Shown: piece after piece, positions 28,136-37,733 of the stretch
Numbering within the stretch: the first letter of the stretch is position 1
How the letters are laid out: every line of letters begins with the position of its first letter
Assembly: GCA_963815215.1 (NCBI GenBank)
Contig: CAWFFU010000004.1
Location: 128,001 to 192,000 of the forward strand
DNA: 64,000 nucleotides
Origin: an uncultured Trueperaceae bacterium
GTDB lineage: Bacteria; Deinococcota; Deinococci; Deinococcales; Trueperaceae
Direction: 5' to 3'
Made by a program: the position numbers and the translations under genes
Notes under the pieces: generated by a model
What the model was told of the DNA's origin: nothing
The model's input: the letters and a program-made list of their open reading frames with translations, nothing else
Database searches by the model: none

Positions 28136-28222
28136 ACGCCGGCCGCGCCACGCCGGTCGGCGTCGCCTCCCGCGGCGCCCGGCCGCCTGGGGGCGGAGGC
28201 CGCTCGCCGGGAGGCGGCAACG

Positions 28223-29155
28223 GTGACCGGTGTGCTGTGGGCGGCCCTCGCGGGCGTGGCCTACGGGGTGTTCCAGGCGGTGAATCGTGGCACGCTCGTC
28301 GACATGGGCGTGCTGGAGTCGACGTTCATCCAGCTGCTGGTCAGCTCGCTACTGCTCGTACCCCTGGTGCTGGGACTGCGCGGCGTGGCGCTGGCGCAGA
28401 TCCCGGGCGCCGCCGTGCTGTACTTCGGCCTGGCCGGGATCGTCCACTTCCTGGGCGGCTGGACGCTGCTCAACCACAGCCAGAAGCTGCTCGGTGCGGC
28501 CCGTACCAGCCCGCTGCTGGCGTCGGTGCCGCTGTTCGGCACGGCCCTGGCGCTCGTCGTCCTGCGCGAAGTGCCGAGCCTCGCCGCCATGGCGGGCATG
28601 ACGACCATCGTCGTGGGCGTCTACGTGGTGCAGCTCGACCGGGCGCGTCGCCAGGCGCGCGCGGCGGCGGCCGGCGGGCCGGCGGCCGGCGGCGGCTGGA
28701 AACGGGCGCTGGCGTCGTCGCGCTTCGGGCTGGGAGCGGCGCTGTGCTGGTCGATCAGCCCGCTGTTCATCCGGCGCGGGCTGGACGCCATGGACGCGCC
28801 CATGGTGGGGGTCACGCTCGGGTTGGTCGCTGCCACGCTGGCCTATGGGGGGATCCTCGCCGTTCGCCGCCGCGCCCCGTGGCGCGGCGTGCCGGCTCGC
28901 GCCATGAGCTGGAAGATCGTAGCCGGCGTGCTGGTGGGGTTCGCGACCTGGACCCGCTGGTACGCCTTGTCGCTCAACCCCGTGACGGTGGTGCTCAGCC
29001 TCGGGCTGCTCTCCGTGCCCACCGTTATCGCTCTGGCCCCGCTGTTGGCGGGCCGCCACCTGGAGCAGGTGAGCCGCGCCGTGGTGCTGGGCTCGGCGCT
29101 GGTCGTGGTGGGTGCGCTGGTGCTGGTCGCGCCCGGTGTGAGGAGTTCGATGTGA
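28223..29155 (+). CDS. DMT/EamA family transporter
   Basis: Two hydrophobic repeats, LLGAARTSPL...PLF...VVLRE pattern. Confidence 0.85.
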   Translation: MTGVLWAALAGVAYGVFQAVNRGTLVDMGVLESTFIQLLVSSLLLVPLVLGLRGVALAQIPGAAVLYFGLAGIVHFLGGWTLLNHSQKLLGAARTSPLLASVPLFGTALALVVLREVPSLAAMAGMTTIVVGVYVVQLDRARRQARAAAAGGPAAGGGWKRALASSRFGLGAALCWSISPLFIRRGLDAMDAPMVGVTLGLVAATLAYGGILAVRRRAPWRGVPARAMSWKIVAGVLVGFATWTRWYALSLNPVTVVLSLGLLSVPTVIALAPLLAGRHLEQVSRAVVLGSALVVVGALVLVAPGVRSSM

Positions 29156-30159
29156 ACGTAGACGTCCATTGCCATGCCATCGTCCCGGAGATGTTGCGAG
29201 GGGCGGCTGGTGACGAGCCCTGGCGACCGTCGGTCACATGGGAGGACGGCGCCCAGGTGGTGGCCTACCGCGGTAAGCGCATCCGCTCCGCAGTGCGCGA
29301 GTTCGTGCGGGTCGACCGCATGCTGGAGGAGGCGGCGGAGGAGGGCGTCGACCACGTGGTGCTCTCACCGTGGGTCAACTTGCTCCCCTTGGGCCTCGCG
29401 GTCGACGAGGCGCTGGAGGTGTGCGGTCTGCAGAACGAAGCGCTGTCCAGCGCGGCCCGCGCCCATCCGGGCCGGGTGAGCGGGCTCGGCGCCGTGCCGA
29501 TGCAGGATCCGGAACGTGCCGCCGAGGAGCTGGAGCGCGTCATGGCGCTTCCCGGCATGCTGGGTGTGGAGACCAGCGCCAGCGTGCAGGGCGCCTACCT
29601 CGGCGACGATCGCTTCCTCCCCTTCTGGGAGGCCGCCGAGCGCCTCGGTGCGCTGGTGTTCGTCCACCCGACCACCAAGGGTTTCGGGCTGCCGGTGTTC
29701 GAGGACTACTACATGTGGAACACGGTCGCCAACCCCATGGAGACCGCGGTCACGGCCGCGCACATGGTGATGGCCGGAGTGATGGAGCGCCATCCGGAGC
29801 TGCGGGTGCTGCTCGCGCACGGCGGCGGTGCGCTCCTGGCTCTGCGCGGCCGGCTGCGCCACGCCGCGTCCTTCCAGCCGCAGGCACGATCGCGGTTGCA
29901 GGGCGCCTTCGACGATTCGCTGCGACGCTTCTACTACGACACCGTCACCTTCGACGGCGACCTGCTCCGTTCGCTCGTCGACTACGTCGGACACGAGCGC
30001 GTGCTGCTCGGGACCGACCGGCCCTTCGACATGGGGACCACCCGCTCGGTTCAGGAGGTGCGCGCGCTGCAGCTCCCCGAGGCGCAGGAGCAGGCCCTGC
30101 TGGGGAGCAACGCCGAGCGGCTGTTCGGGTTGTCCGCCTCCGTGCGGGCGGCGGGCTGA
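29152..30159 (+). CDS. Amidohydrolase_2 family metalloenzyme (ACMSD-like decarboxylase/hydratase)
   Basis: DVHCH, VFVHP, LAHGGG, YYDTV, LLGTDRPFDMG. Confidence 0.9.
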   Translation: MNVDVHCHAIVPEMLRGAAGDEPWRPSVTWEDGAQVVAYRGKRIRSAVREFVRVDRMLEEAAEEGVDHVVLSPWVNLLPLGLAVDEALEVCGLQNEALSSAARAHPGRVSGLGAVPMQDPERAAEELERVMALPGMLGVETSASVQGAYLGDDRFLPFWEAAERLGALVFVHPTTKGFGLPVFEDYYMWNTVANPMETAVTAAHMVMAGVMERHPELRVLLAHGGGALLALRGRLRHAASFQPQARSRLQGAFDDSLRRFYYDTVTFDGDLLRSLVDYVGHERVLLGTDRPFDMGTTRSVQEVRALQLPEAQEQALLGSNAERLFGLSASVRAAG

Positions 30160-30199
30160 TGATGGGCCTCGATCGCTCCTGGGAACGCACGGTGCCGGC

Positions 30200-31780
30200 A
30201 TGAGCGAGGCCTTCGACGTCGTCGTCGCCGGGGCCGGACACAACAGTCTGGTCACCGCCGCCTACCTCAGCAAGGCGGGCTTTCGCTGCCTGGTGCTGGA
30301 GTCCCGCGACGAGGTGGGGGGCGACACCAACACCGAGGCGCTCACCCTGCCCGGCTTCCGCCACGACGCCTGCTCGACGGCGCATACGTTGCTGCAGAGC
30401 AGCCCGCTGCTGCAGGGTGACGAGCTGGGCCTCGAGCGCTACGGGCTCAGCTACCTCCACCCCGACCCGGTGGTGCACGTCCCCTTCCCGGACGGCACCT
30501 CGATCACGCAGTGGCGCGACCCGGAACGCACGGCCGCGGAGCTGGCGCGTTTCTCCGAGCGCGACGCGGCCGCCTATCTGCGGGCGCTGGCCGAGTACGA
30601 GGAGGTGGCCCCGGTGTTCGGAAGCCACCGCTACACCCCCATCGGCTGGGGGCCGACGCTGGCCGAGCGGCTGGCCGAGCACCCGCACGGCAACCGCTGG
30701 CTGCGCCGCCAGGCCATGAGCGCGCACGAGATCATCGAGGACACCTACGAGAGCGAGCCGGTGCGGGCGTTCATGCTGTGGATGGCGTTCATGACGATGC
30801 AGCCGCCCGAGCGCCCGGGCACCGGGCGGCTGGCGTACTCGCTGGTGTACGGCCGTCAGAAGCACAGCTGGACGTTGCCCAGGGGCGGGTCCGGCTCGCT
30901 GCCGGCCGCGCTGGCGCGGCTGATCGAAGAGCGGGGCGGGGTCATCCTCACCGGCCGCCGCGTACACCGGCTGGTGCTCGAGCACGGGCGTTGCGTCGGC
31001 GTGGTCACCGAGGACGGGGAGGAGCACCGCGCGACGAAGGCCGTGCTCTCGACCGTCCACATCAAGCACCTCATCGACATGGCCCCGGCCGAGGCCTGGG
31101 GCGAGGACTTCCTCTACGGGGTGCGCACCTGGAAGGCGGGGGTGTCGATGTTCGTCACCCACTACGCCACCAGCGAGCCGCCGAAGTTCGCGGTGGAGGG
31201 CGGCACCCTGACGGCGTCGGCCAGCGGTACGCCGGGCTCGGTGGCGCGCATGCTGCGCGTCGCGCCCGAGTTCAGCCGCGGCACCGTGGCCGCCGACGAC
31301 CCGGTGCTGCTGGTGCTGTGCCAGACGGTGGCCGACCCCTCGCGCGCGCCGGAGGGCAGGCACACCCTGAAGGTGGTGGGCTTCCAGCCCTACGAGTTGC
31401 CGGAGGGGCCGGAGCGCTGGGACGCGCTCGAGCAGGAGGTGTCGGAGGCCAACCTGGCGCAGCTCCGGCGCTACGCTCCCAATCTCACGGAGGACACCAT
31501 CCTGGCGCGCGTGATCGAGAGCCCGTTGGGGCTCGAGCGCTTCAACGAACACAACTGGCACGGCTCCTGCCACGGCGGCGACGCCTCGCCGGCGCAGTCC
31601 GGCGCGCTGCGCCCGGCGCCCGGCTGGGCGGGCCACCGCACCCCGATCGAGGGGCTCTACCAGACCGGCGCCACCACCCATCCCGGGGGGTCGGTGTCCG
31701 CCGGGCCGGGCCGCAACGCGGCCATGGTCATGCTCCGGGATCTCGGAACCAGCCTCGAGGAGGTCGTTCAGCGTGCCTGA
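30200..31780 (+). CDS. Phytoene desaturase-family FAD-dependent oxidoreductase (COG1233-like)
   Basis: VVVAGAGHNSL...LE...GG, TLPGFRHD, PRGGSGSL, TPIEGLYQTGATTHPGGSVS..PGRNAA. Confidence 0.88.
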   Translation: MSEAFDVVVAGAGHNSLVTAAYLSKAGFRCLVLESRDEVGGDTNTEALTLPGFRHDACSTAHTLLQSSPLLQGDELGLERYGLSYLHPDPVVHVPFPDGTSITQWRDPERTAAELARFSERDAAAYLRALAEYEEVAPVFGSHRYTPIGWGPTLAERLAEHPHGNRWLRRQAMSAHEIIEDTYESEPVRAFMLWMAFMTMQPPERPGTGRLAYSLVYGRQKHSWTLPRGGSGSLPAALARLIEERGGVILTGRRVHRLVLEHGRCVGVVTEDGEEHRATKAVLSTVHIKHLIDMAPAEAWGEDFLYGVRTWKAGVSMFVTHYATSEPPKFAVEGGTLTASASGTPGSVARMLRVAPEFSRGTVAADDPVLLVLCQTVADPSRAPEGRHTLKVVGFQPYELPEGPERWDALEQEVSEANLAQLRRYAPNLTEDTILARVIESPLGLERFNEHNWHGSCHGGDASPAQSGALRPAPGWAGHRTPIEGLYQTGATTHPGGSVSAGPGRNAAMVMLRDLGTSLEEVVQRA

Positions 31781-32831
31781 CAAGAAGATCGAGTCCGCCA
31801 TCGCCAACTGGGCCCCGCGCTTCACTTCGCAGGGCGTCGACTACAACGACTTCGTGCGCGTCACCGCGGGTCTGGAGCGCTGGGAGGAGTGGCTCGACGC
31901 CTGGTGCGCCAACGGCGACGTCCACGCCGAGCTCGCCGGCCAGGCCGAGGAGCGGGGGCGCGCGCTGTCGGCCGGTGAGGCGTGGGTGCGGGCCGCGCTC
32001 AGCTACCACTTCGCCAAGTTCGTGTGGCGGGTCGACCTGGCGAAGTACCGTGCCGCGGCCGACCGCGCGGTGAACGCGCTGCGGCAGGCCCACCGCTTGC
32101 TCGACCCCAGTGCCGAACGCCTCGAGGTGCCCTTCGAGGGCGGCCTGATGGTCGGCAACCTGCGGCGCCCGGCCGGGAGCGTCCGGCCGCCGCTGGTGCT
32201 GCTCCTGCCCGGCCTCGACTCCACCAAGGAGGAGTTCTTCCACTGGGAGAACGTCTTCCTGGCACGGGGCATGGCGACGCTCTCGCTGGACGGGCCCGGC
32301 CAGGGCGAGACCGGCTACCACACCGTCATCCATCCGAACTACGAGGTCGGACCGGCGGCCATGCTCGACCACCTCGCCGAGCGCAGCGACCTCGACCTGG
32401 AGCGCGTGGGCGTGGTGGGGGTGTCGCTGGGGGGCTACTACGCGCCGCGCACCGCCGCCTTCGTGCCGCGCATCAAGGCGGTGTGCTCCATCGGCGGGCC
32501 GTACGACTTCGGCGAGTTCTTCGCCGAGCGTCCCGCCATCTCGCGCGAGACTTTCCTGCATCACTCCGGCACCGACAGCCTGGAGGCGGCCCAGGCGGTC
32601 GCCAGCCGCCTCAGCCTCGAGGGGGTGGCGGAAGCGGTGCACCAGCCGTTCCTGGTGATCTTCGGCAAGCTCGACCGGTTGGTGCCGTACCAGCAAGCCG
32701 AGCGGGTGGCGGCCGAGGCCCCGAACGCCGAGTTGGTCATGTACCCCGACGGCAACCACGTCTGCAACAACCTGCCCTACAAGTACCGCCCCCTGGCCGG
32801 CGACTGGATGGCGGAGCGGCTGCGTGGTTGA
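31773..32831 (+). CDS. Alpha/beta hydrolase similar to 2,6-dihydroxypseudooxynicotine hydrolase / FrsA family
   Basis: GVDYND N-terminal cap, PGLDSTKEE, RGMATLSLDGPGQGE, GVSLGGYY, DGNHVCNN. Confidence 0.85.
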   Translation: MPDKKIESAIANWAPRFTSQGVDYNDFVRVTAGLERWEEWLDAWCANGDVHAELAGQAEERGRALSAGEAWVRAALSYHFAKFVWRVDLAKYRAAADRAVNALRQAHRLLDPSAERLEVPFEGGLMVGNLRRPAGSVRPPLVLLLPGLDSTKEEFFHWENVFLARGMATLSLDGPGQGETGYHTVIHPNYEVGPAAMLDHLAERSDLDLERVGVVGVSLGGYYAPRTAAFVPRIKAVCSIGGPYDFGEFFAERPAISRETFLHHSGTDSLEAAQAVASRLSLEGVAEAVHQPFLVIFGKLDRLVPYQQAERVAAEAPNAELVMYPDGNHVCNNLPYKYRPLAGDWMAERLRG

Positions 32832-34029
32832 CCGCTTCACCCCCGGCGAGATGGCGCGGCGCTGGAGCCTCGCGCGTGGCCTCATGGACGAACACGAGCT
32901 GGACGCCCTGCTCCTGTTCGGGAACTCGGGGGTGAACCGCCACAACGAGGCCAACGTCTTCTGGCTCTCCAACCACCTCGACCTGCACCACTGCTACCTG
33001 CTCGCGCCGCGCGACGAGGGCCTGCCGGCCGCGCTCTACACCGGGCTCACCAACCACGTTCCCAACGCCCGCCAGGTCAGCGACGTGCCGGAGATCGCCT
33101 GGGGCGGCTATGACCCGGCGGCCACGGTGGCCGCCCGGCTGCGCGAGCAGGGCCTGGGGAGGGCGCGCCTCGGGCTGGTCGGCGTCAACGCCACCTTCGC
33201 CATGGGTATGCCCTACGCGCACCGGCGGACGCTGCTGGAGGCGTTGCCCGACCTCGTCCTGGTCGACGTCACGCGCGAGTTCGCGGGTCTGCGGTCGGTG
33301 AAGTCGGACGAGGAGATCACCTGGCTGCGCAAGGCGGCGGGCTTCACCGATCGCACCATCCGGGCCCTGCAGGCCGAAGTCCGGCCCGGCATGCCGGAGT
33401 ACGCCCTGCTCGACATCATCGAGCACGCCTACCGGGCCGACGGGGGCCAGCCCCACATCGCGTTCCTGCGCTCCATGCCGATGGACGCCCCCAACGGCTG
33501 CCTGCCGGCGCAGAATCCCTCGGACCGGCGCATCGAGCAGGGGGACGTCATCATCACCGAGATCAGCGCCTCCTGGTGGGGCTACTCCGGCCAGATCCAC
33601 CGGCCGGTGTTCGTAGGAGCCGAGCCCACCCCTGCCTGGCAACGCATGTTCGACACCGCCCGGGAGGCCTACCGGCGCATGGCCGAGGCGATCCGTCCGG
33701 GCGCCAGCGAGGGGGACGCCATCCGCGCCGCATCGGTCATCGGCGAGCGCGGCTACGCCATCTACGACGACCTCATCCACGGCTACGGGGTCGACATCCA
33801 CCCGCCGCTCGTCGACCGCTCCTGCTGCCGCTACTGGCCCTGGGACGACGCCCGTCCCGCGCCTGCCGGGCGGCGCTTCGAGGCGGGCATGGCCATCGTG
33901 ATCCAGCCCAACCCCATCACCCCCGACGAACGCATGGGGCTGCAGCTCGGAGCGCTCACCGTCGTCACCGACGCGGGCGCCGAGTCGCTGCACGAGGTGC
34001 CGCTCGAGCCGGTGGTGACGACGGCATGA
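32824..34029 (+). CDS. M24-fold protein lacking the canonical metal ligands (creatinase-like)
   Basis: RSVKSDEEI, RPGMPE, GDVIITEISA..WGYSGQIHRP, IHGYG, GMAIVIQPN. Confidence 0.85.
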   Translation: MVDRFTPGEMARRWSLARGLMDEHELDALLLFGNSGVNRHNEANVFWLSNHLDLHHCYLLAPRDEGLPAALYTGLTNHVPNARQVSDVPEIAWGGYDPAATVAARLREQGLGRARLGLVGVNATFAMGMPYAHRRTLLEALPDLVLVDVTREFAGLRSVKSDEEITWLRKAAGFTDRTIRALQAEVRPGMPEYALLDIIEHAYRADGGQPHIAFLRSMPMDAPNGCLPAQNPSDRRIEQGDVIITEISASWWGYSGQIHRPVFVGAEPTPAWQRMFDTAREAYRRMAEAIRPGASEGDAIRAASVIGERGYAIYDDLIHGYGVDIHPPLVDRSCCRYWPWDDARPAPAGRRFEAGMAIVIQPNPITPDERMGLQLGALTVVTDAGAESLHEVPLEPVVTTA

Positions 34030-35090
34030 GCGCCGCCGCGCCCCCCGAAGCGCCGGCGCGCGGCGACGCGGGTGGCCCCCTGGGCGTCGGCCTGATCGGG
34101 GTGGGGCGCTGGGGCATGCGCCTCGGCGCTGCGCTGCGCCGCGCCGACGGCGTGACGCTGGTGAGCTGCTACGCGCGCACTCCCGAGGCGCGTCGGGAGG
34201 CCGCGCGGACCCTGGAGTGCGCGGCCGCACCCACCCTGGAGGCGCTGCTCGACGACCGCACGGTCGAGGCAGTGGTGGTGGCGACGCCCAACGCCAGCCA
34301 CGAGGCGCTGGCGCTGGCAGCCGCCGAGCGCGGCCTGCACGTGTTCGTCGAGAAGCCGATCGCCCCTGACGAGGCGGCGGCCCGGCGGATGGCGGCGGCC
34401 TGTGCCCGCGCGGGCGTGACGCTGCAGGTCGGGCACGCCTTCCGGCGGCTGGGCGCGTCGCGTGCGGCCCATCGGCTGGTGCGCTCGGGGGCGCTCGGTA
34501 CGGTGGTGCTGGCCGAGGCAAACTTCTCGTTGCCGGGGGCGTTCGCGCCGGGCAACTGGCGCTCGAGCCGGGCGACCTTGCCGGGCGGGCCGATGACGCA
34601 GCTCGGCGTCCACCACGCCGACACGCTGCAGGCGTGGCTGGGGCCTGCGGTGCGCGTGCAGGGCTCGTTGGGACACGTCGCTGCGGACGCCGACATCGAC
34701 GACGTGGCCGTTGCGGTGCTCGAGCACGCCTCCGGTGCACGTTCGGTGGTGGCGTGCAGCTACGTCTCGCCCAAGACCTACCGCATCCGCCTCTACGGTA
34801 CGCGCGCCAACCTCGAGTTGCGCACCGCCATGGCGCTGTGGCCGGAGGCCGAGCGCATGGATGCGGGCACCACCCTGACGTTGGAGGAGGGCGGCGCGTG
34901 CCGGCGCGTGCCGTTCGAGGTGCGCGACATGCTGGCCGACGAGTTGGAGGCGTTCGGGCGCTGCGCCCGGTCTGGGGAGGCGCCCGAGACGGGAGCGGAG
35001 GAGGGCATCGCGGCGTTGCGCGTCATCCTCGGCGTGCTGTCGGCGCCGCGCGGGGTGGCGCCCGCGGAGGCCGGAGGGGTCGTGCGGTGA
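34026..35090 (+). CDS. Gfo/Idh/MocA family oxidoreductase
   Basis: GLIGVGRWG, VATPNASH, HVFVEKP, VGHAFR, GGPMTQLGVHHAD. Confidence 0.92.
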   Translation: MSAAAPPEAPARGDAGGPLGVGLIGVGRWGMRLGAALRRADGVTLVSCYARTPEARREAARTLECAAAPTLEALLDDRTVEAVVVATPNASHEALALAAAERGLHVFVEKPIAPDEAAARRMAAACARAGVTLQVGHAFRRLGASRAAHRLVRSGALGTVVLAEANFSLPGAFAPGNWRSSRATLPGGPMTQLGVHHADTLQAWLGPAVRVQGSLGHVAADADIDDVAVAVLEHASGARSVVACSYVSPKTYRIRLYGTRANLELRTAMALWPEAERMDAGTTLTLEEGGACRRVPFEVRDMLADELEAFGRCARSGEAPETGAEEGIAALRVILGVLSAPRGVAPAEAGGVVR

Positions 35091-35180
35091 GCTGCGGGTC
35101 GGGCGGGACCGCGGCGCGCGCGGGGCGCGACCGCAAGATTCGAAGGCGCGTGCGCGGCACGGGCCGGAAGGAGTGAGACC

Positions 35181-35810
35181 GTGGAGAAGCAACGTATCAG
35201 CTACGTCGACCCCAAGACGCTGGAGGATCCGAAGATGCTCGAGGAGCTCCAGCGTTGCGCCCGCGAGGGCACACCCCGGCCGGAGAGCTCGGCGGTGCGC
35301 GCGCACGTGCCGGCCGTGTTCTGGTCGTTCGCGAACGGCTGGCGCGACGTCTTCAAGCACGGCGTGTGCGACCACGCCATCAAGGAGCTGTGCCGCGTGT
35401 ACGTGTCGCGCTCGGTGAAGTGTGAGTACTGCGGCAACCAGCGCTCCATGACGGCGGCCCGGGACGGCCTCCAGGAGGAGGACTACCGCGCCCTGATGGA
35501 GTTCGAGAGCTCCGAGCGCTACGACGACCGCCAGAAGGCCGCGCTGTCGCTGGCTCAGGCGATGGCCTGGCACTCCGACCTGAGCGACGACGACTGGGCA
35601 CGCCTGCACCGGCACTTCAGCGAGCCGGAGCTGGTCGAGCTCGGCTACTTCATCGGCCTCACGCTCGGTCAGCAGAGCTTCCTGAGGTTGCTGAACATCG
35701 GGCATCACGAGGTGCTGGACCTCGGTGACGCCTCGCTGGCCCCGGGCTTCGAGACCAGGGATGCGATGGACCGGACGCGTGCGTCGGAGGACTACTGGGC
35801 GCGCAAGTAG
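35181..35810 (+). CDS. Carboxymuconolactone decarboxylase / AhpD-like protein with CxxC
   Basis: KELCRVYVSRSVKCEYC, DDRQKAAL, LHRHFSEPELVEL; AAGGAG RBS. Confidence 0.85.
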   Translation: MEKQRISYVDPKTLEDPKMLEELQRCAREGTPRPESSAVRAHVPAVFWSFANGWRDVFKHGVCDHAIKELCRVYVSRSVKCEYCGNQRSMTAARDGLQEEDYRALMEFESSERYDDRQKAALSLAQAMAWHSDLSDDDWARLHRHFSEPELVELGYFIGLTLGQQSFLRLLNIGHHEVLDLGDASLAPGFETRDAMDRTRASEDYWARK

Positions 35811-35844
35811 GGCGTCGACGCCGGCCGCAAGGGGTCGCTGCCCG

Positions 35845-37314
35845 TCAGTCGTCCTGCGAGAAGTCCATCTGGATGGCCTTCACCCGGCTGAAGCTTCGCA
35901 TCGCTTCGAGGAAGTCCTTCTTGCGCCCGACGCCGCTGCGCTTGTAGCCGCCGAAGGGCAGGCCCAACTCGCCGGTGTTGACACGGTTGACCGACACGAC
36001 GCCCGCCTCGATGCGCGTCGCCATGCGGTGGGCCACGCCCAGGTCGCGGGTCCATACGCCGCTGGTGAGTCCGTAGTCGACGGCGTTGGCGATGGCCACT
36101 GCTTCGTCCTCGTCTTCGAAGGGCAGGATGCCGGCCACCGGCCCGAACACCTCGGTGGTCATGATCTCGGCATCGGGCGCGGCCTCGGTGACGATCGTCG
36201 GCGGCACCCAGAAGCCGCCCTCCAGGCGAGCGTCCGAGGGCACGTCGGCGCGGGCGGGGATGCAGGCTCCGGCGGCGACGGCGCGGTCCAGGGCGCCCTG
36301 CACCTTCTCCTGCTGGCGCTTGCTCACCATCGGGCCCACGATGGAGCGCTCGTCGAACCCGTCGCCGACGCTCAGGCCGGCGACCGCCGAGGTGAAGCGC
36401 TCCATGAAGGTGGTGTAGATGGACTCGTGCACCAGCACCCGTTCGCTGCCCGAGCACGCCTGGCCGCTGTTGAAGAAGGCGCTGCGCACCATGCCCTGCA
36501 CCGCTCGGCCGAGGTCGGCGTCGGGGAAGATGATGGACGCGTTCTTGCCGCCCAGCTCCATCATGGTGGGCAGGATGCGGGTGGCGGCCGCGGCGAGGAT
36601 CTTCTCGCCGGTGAGGTCCGAGCCCGTGAAGGCGATGAAGTCGATGCCTCGGTGCGCCACCAGCTGCACCCCGGTATCGACGCCGCCGGTCACGACGTTG
36701 AGCACGCCTGGCGGCAGCACGTCGGCGGCCAGCTCGGCGATGCGCAGCGACGACAGCGGCGTCTCGGGCGCGGGCTTGAGCACCACGGTGTTGCCGGTGG
36801 CGAGCGCCAGCGCCGCGAAGTCCGCGGTGTGCATCGGAGGCCAGTTCCAGGGGATGATGACGGCCACCACTCCGTAGGGCTCGTAGACGATCTTGCGCAT
36901 CTCGCTCAGGCCGTCGTAGACGCTCTGGCCGTAGAACTTGTCGGCTGCGCCGGCGTAGAAGCGGAAGGTGCGCGCGGCGTTGGTGACGTCGCGCGCCGAC
37001 TGGGCGCGCGGCTTGCCGTTCTCCCAGGTCTCGAGGTCGACGAGCTCGTCGTGGTGTTCGTGGATGCGGCGGGCGATCTCGAACAGCATCGCGCCGCGCT
37101 TCTCGGGACTCACCCAACGCCAGCCGCGGTAGGCCTGCCGGGCCGAGACGACCGCCCGGTCGACGTCGGCCTCGCTGGCCGCCGGCGCCTCGCCGAGCAC
37201 CTGCCCGGTGGCGGGGTTGATGACCTCCAGCGCTGTCGCGCCGCCGCCGTCGACGAACTCCCCGCCGATGAGCATCTTCCAGCTTGCGTGGTCCTTGTAG
37301 GGGTGGTAGGCCAT
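35845..37314 (-). CDS. Aldehyde dehydrogenase
   Basis: IIPWNWP, LKPAPETPLS, FTGS, MELGGKN, NSGQACS, EVFGPV, PFGGYKRSGVGR; AAGGAG RBS. Confidence 0.95.
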   Translation of the reverse strand: MAYHPYKDHASWKMLIGGEFVDGGGATALEVINPATGQVLGEAPAASEADVDRAVVSARQAYRGWRWVSPEKRGAMLFEIARRIHEHHDELVDLETWENGKPRAQSARDVTNAARTFRFYAGAADKFYGQSVYDGLSEMRKIVYEPYGVVAVIIPWNWPPMHTADFAALALATGNTVVLKPAPETPLSSLRIAELAADVLPPGVLNVVTGGVDTGVQLVAHRGIDFIAFTGSDLTGEKILAAAATRILPTMMELGGKNASIIFPDADLGRAVQGMVRSAFFNSGQACSGSERVLVHESIYTTFMERFTSAVAGLSVGDGFDERSIVGPMVSKRQQEKVQGALDRAVAAGACIPARADVPSDARLEGGFWVPPTIVTEAAPDAEIMTTEVFGPVAGILPFEDEDEAVAIANAVDYGLTSGVWTRDLGVAHRMATRIEAGVVSVNRVNTGELGLPFGGYKRSGVGRKKDFLEAMRSFSRVKAIQMDFSQDD

Positions 37315-37454
37315 CCGCTGTCTCCTTCGCCGGGGGCCGTCCCCGGCGGGCCGCCACACGACCTCGGGCGCCTGCGGCCTACGCCGCGCGCCCAGGATCG
37401 CTGGAGTGTCCGCCAGAGTGCAAGCGCATACACAGGATGTAAGGTCTTGCAGGA

Positions 37455-37733
37455 CGTATGGTGGTCATACCTCTCAGGCTCGTCGTGAACGTAGCATGTT
37501 CCTCGCGTCCCTGTCAAGGAACGCGGCGCCGGATCGGGGTTTGACAGCCCCGCGCCGTTGTGCTAGTTTGAGCGGCGTCCACAACTTGCTTATGGTACCC
37601 TCACCGCTACGCTCGAGCGGCCCGGGCACCGCTTCACTTGGCGAAGCTGTCCACGGTCCAAGGAGCCGCTCGCATGCGACGTCGTTCATCGAACTTCCGG
37701 TGGTATGACCACCACACCACGAATACTTATCGA
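37455..37733. promoter_or_regulatory. Divergent promoter cassette B, homologous to cassette A
   Basis: Leftward TTGACA(37517-37512)-18-TACGTT(37493-37488); rightward TTGACA(37541-37546)-17-TAGTTT(37564-37569); GGTATGACCACCA boxes at 37455-37474 (minus) and within 37698-37733 (plus). Confidence 0.8.

Noticed and set aside
30200..31780. Carotenoid biosynthesis crtI
   Set aside because: No crtB/crtE neighbours; catabolic context fits the wider COG1233 oxidoreductase family
31773..32831. Nicotine degradation cluster
   Set aside because: Only the hydrolase homologue is present; no molybdenum hydroxylases or pyridine-ring hydroxylase genes in the window
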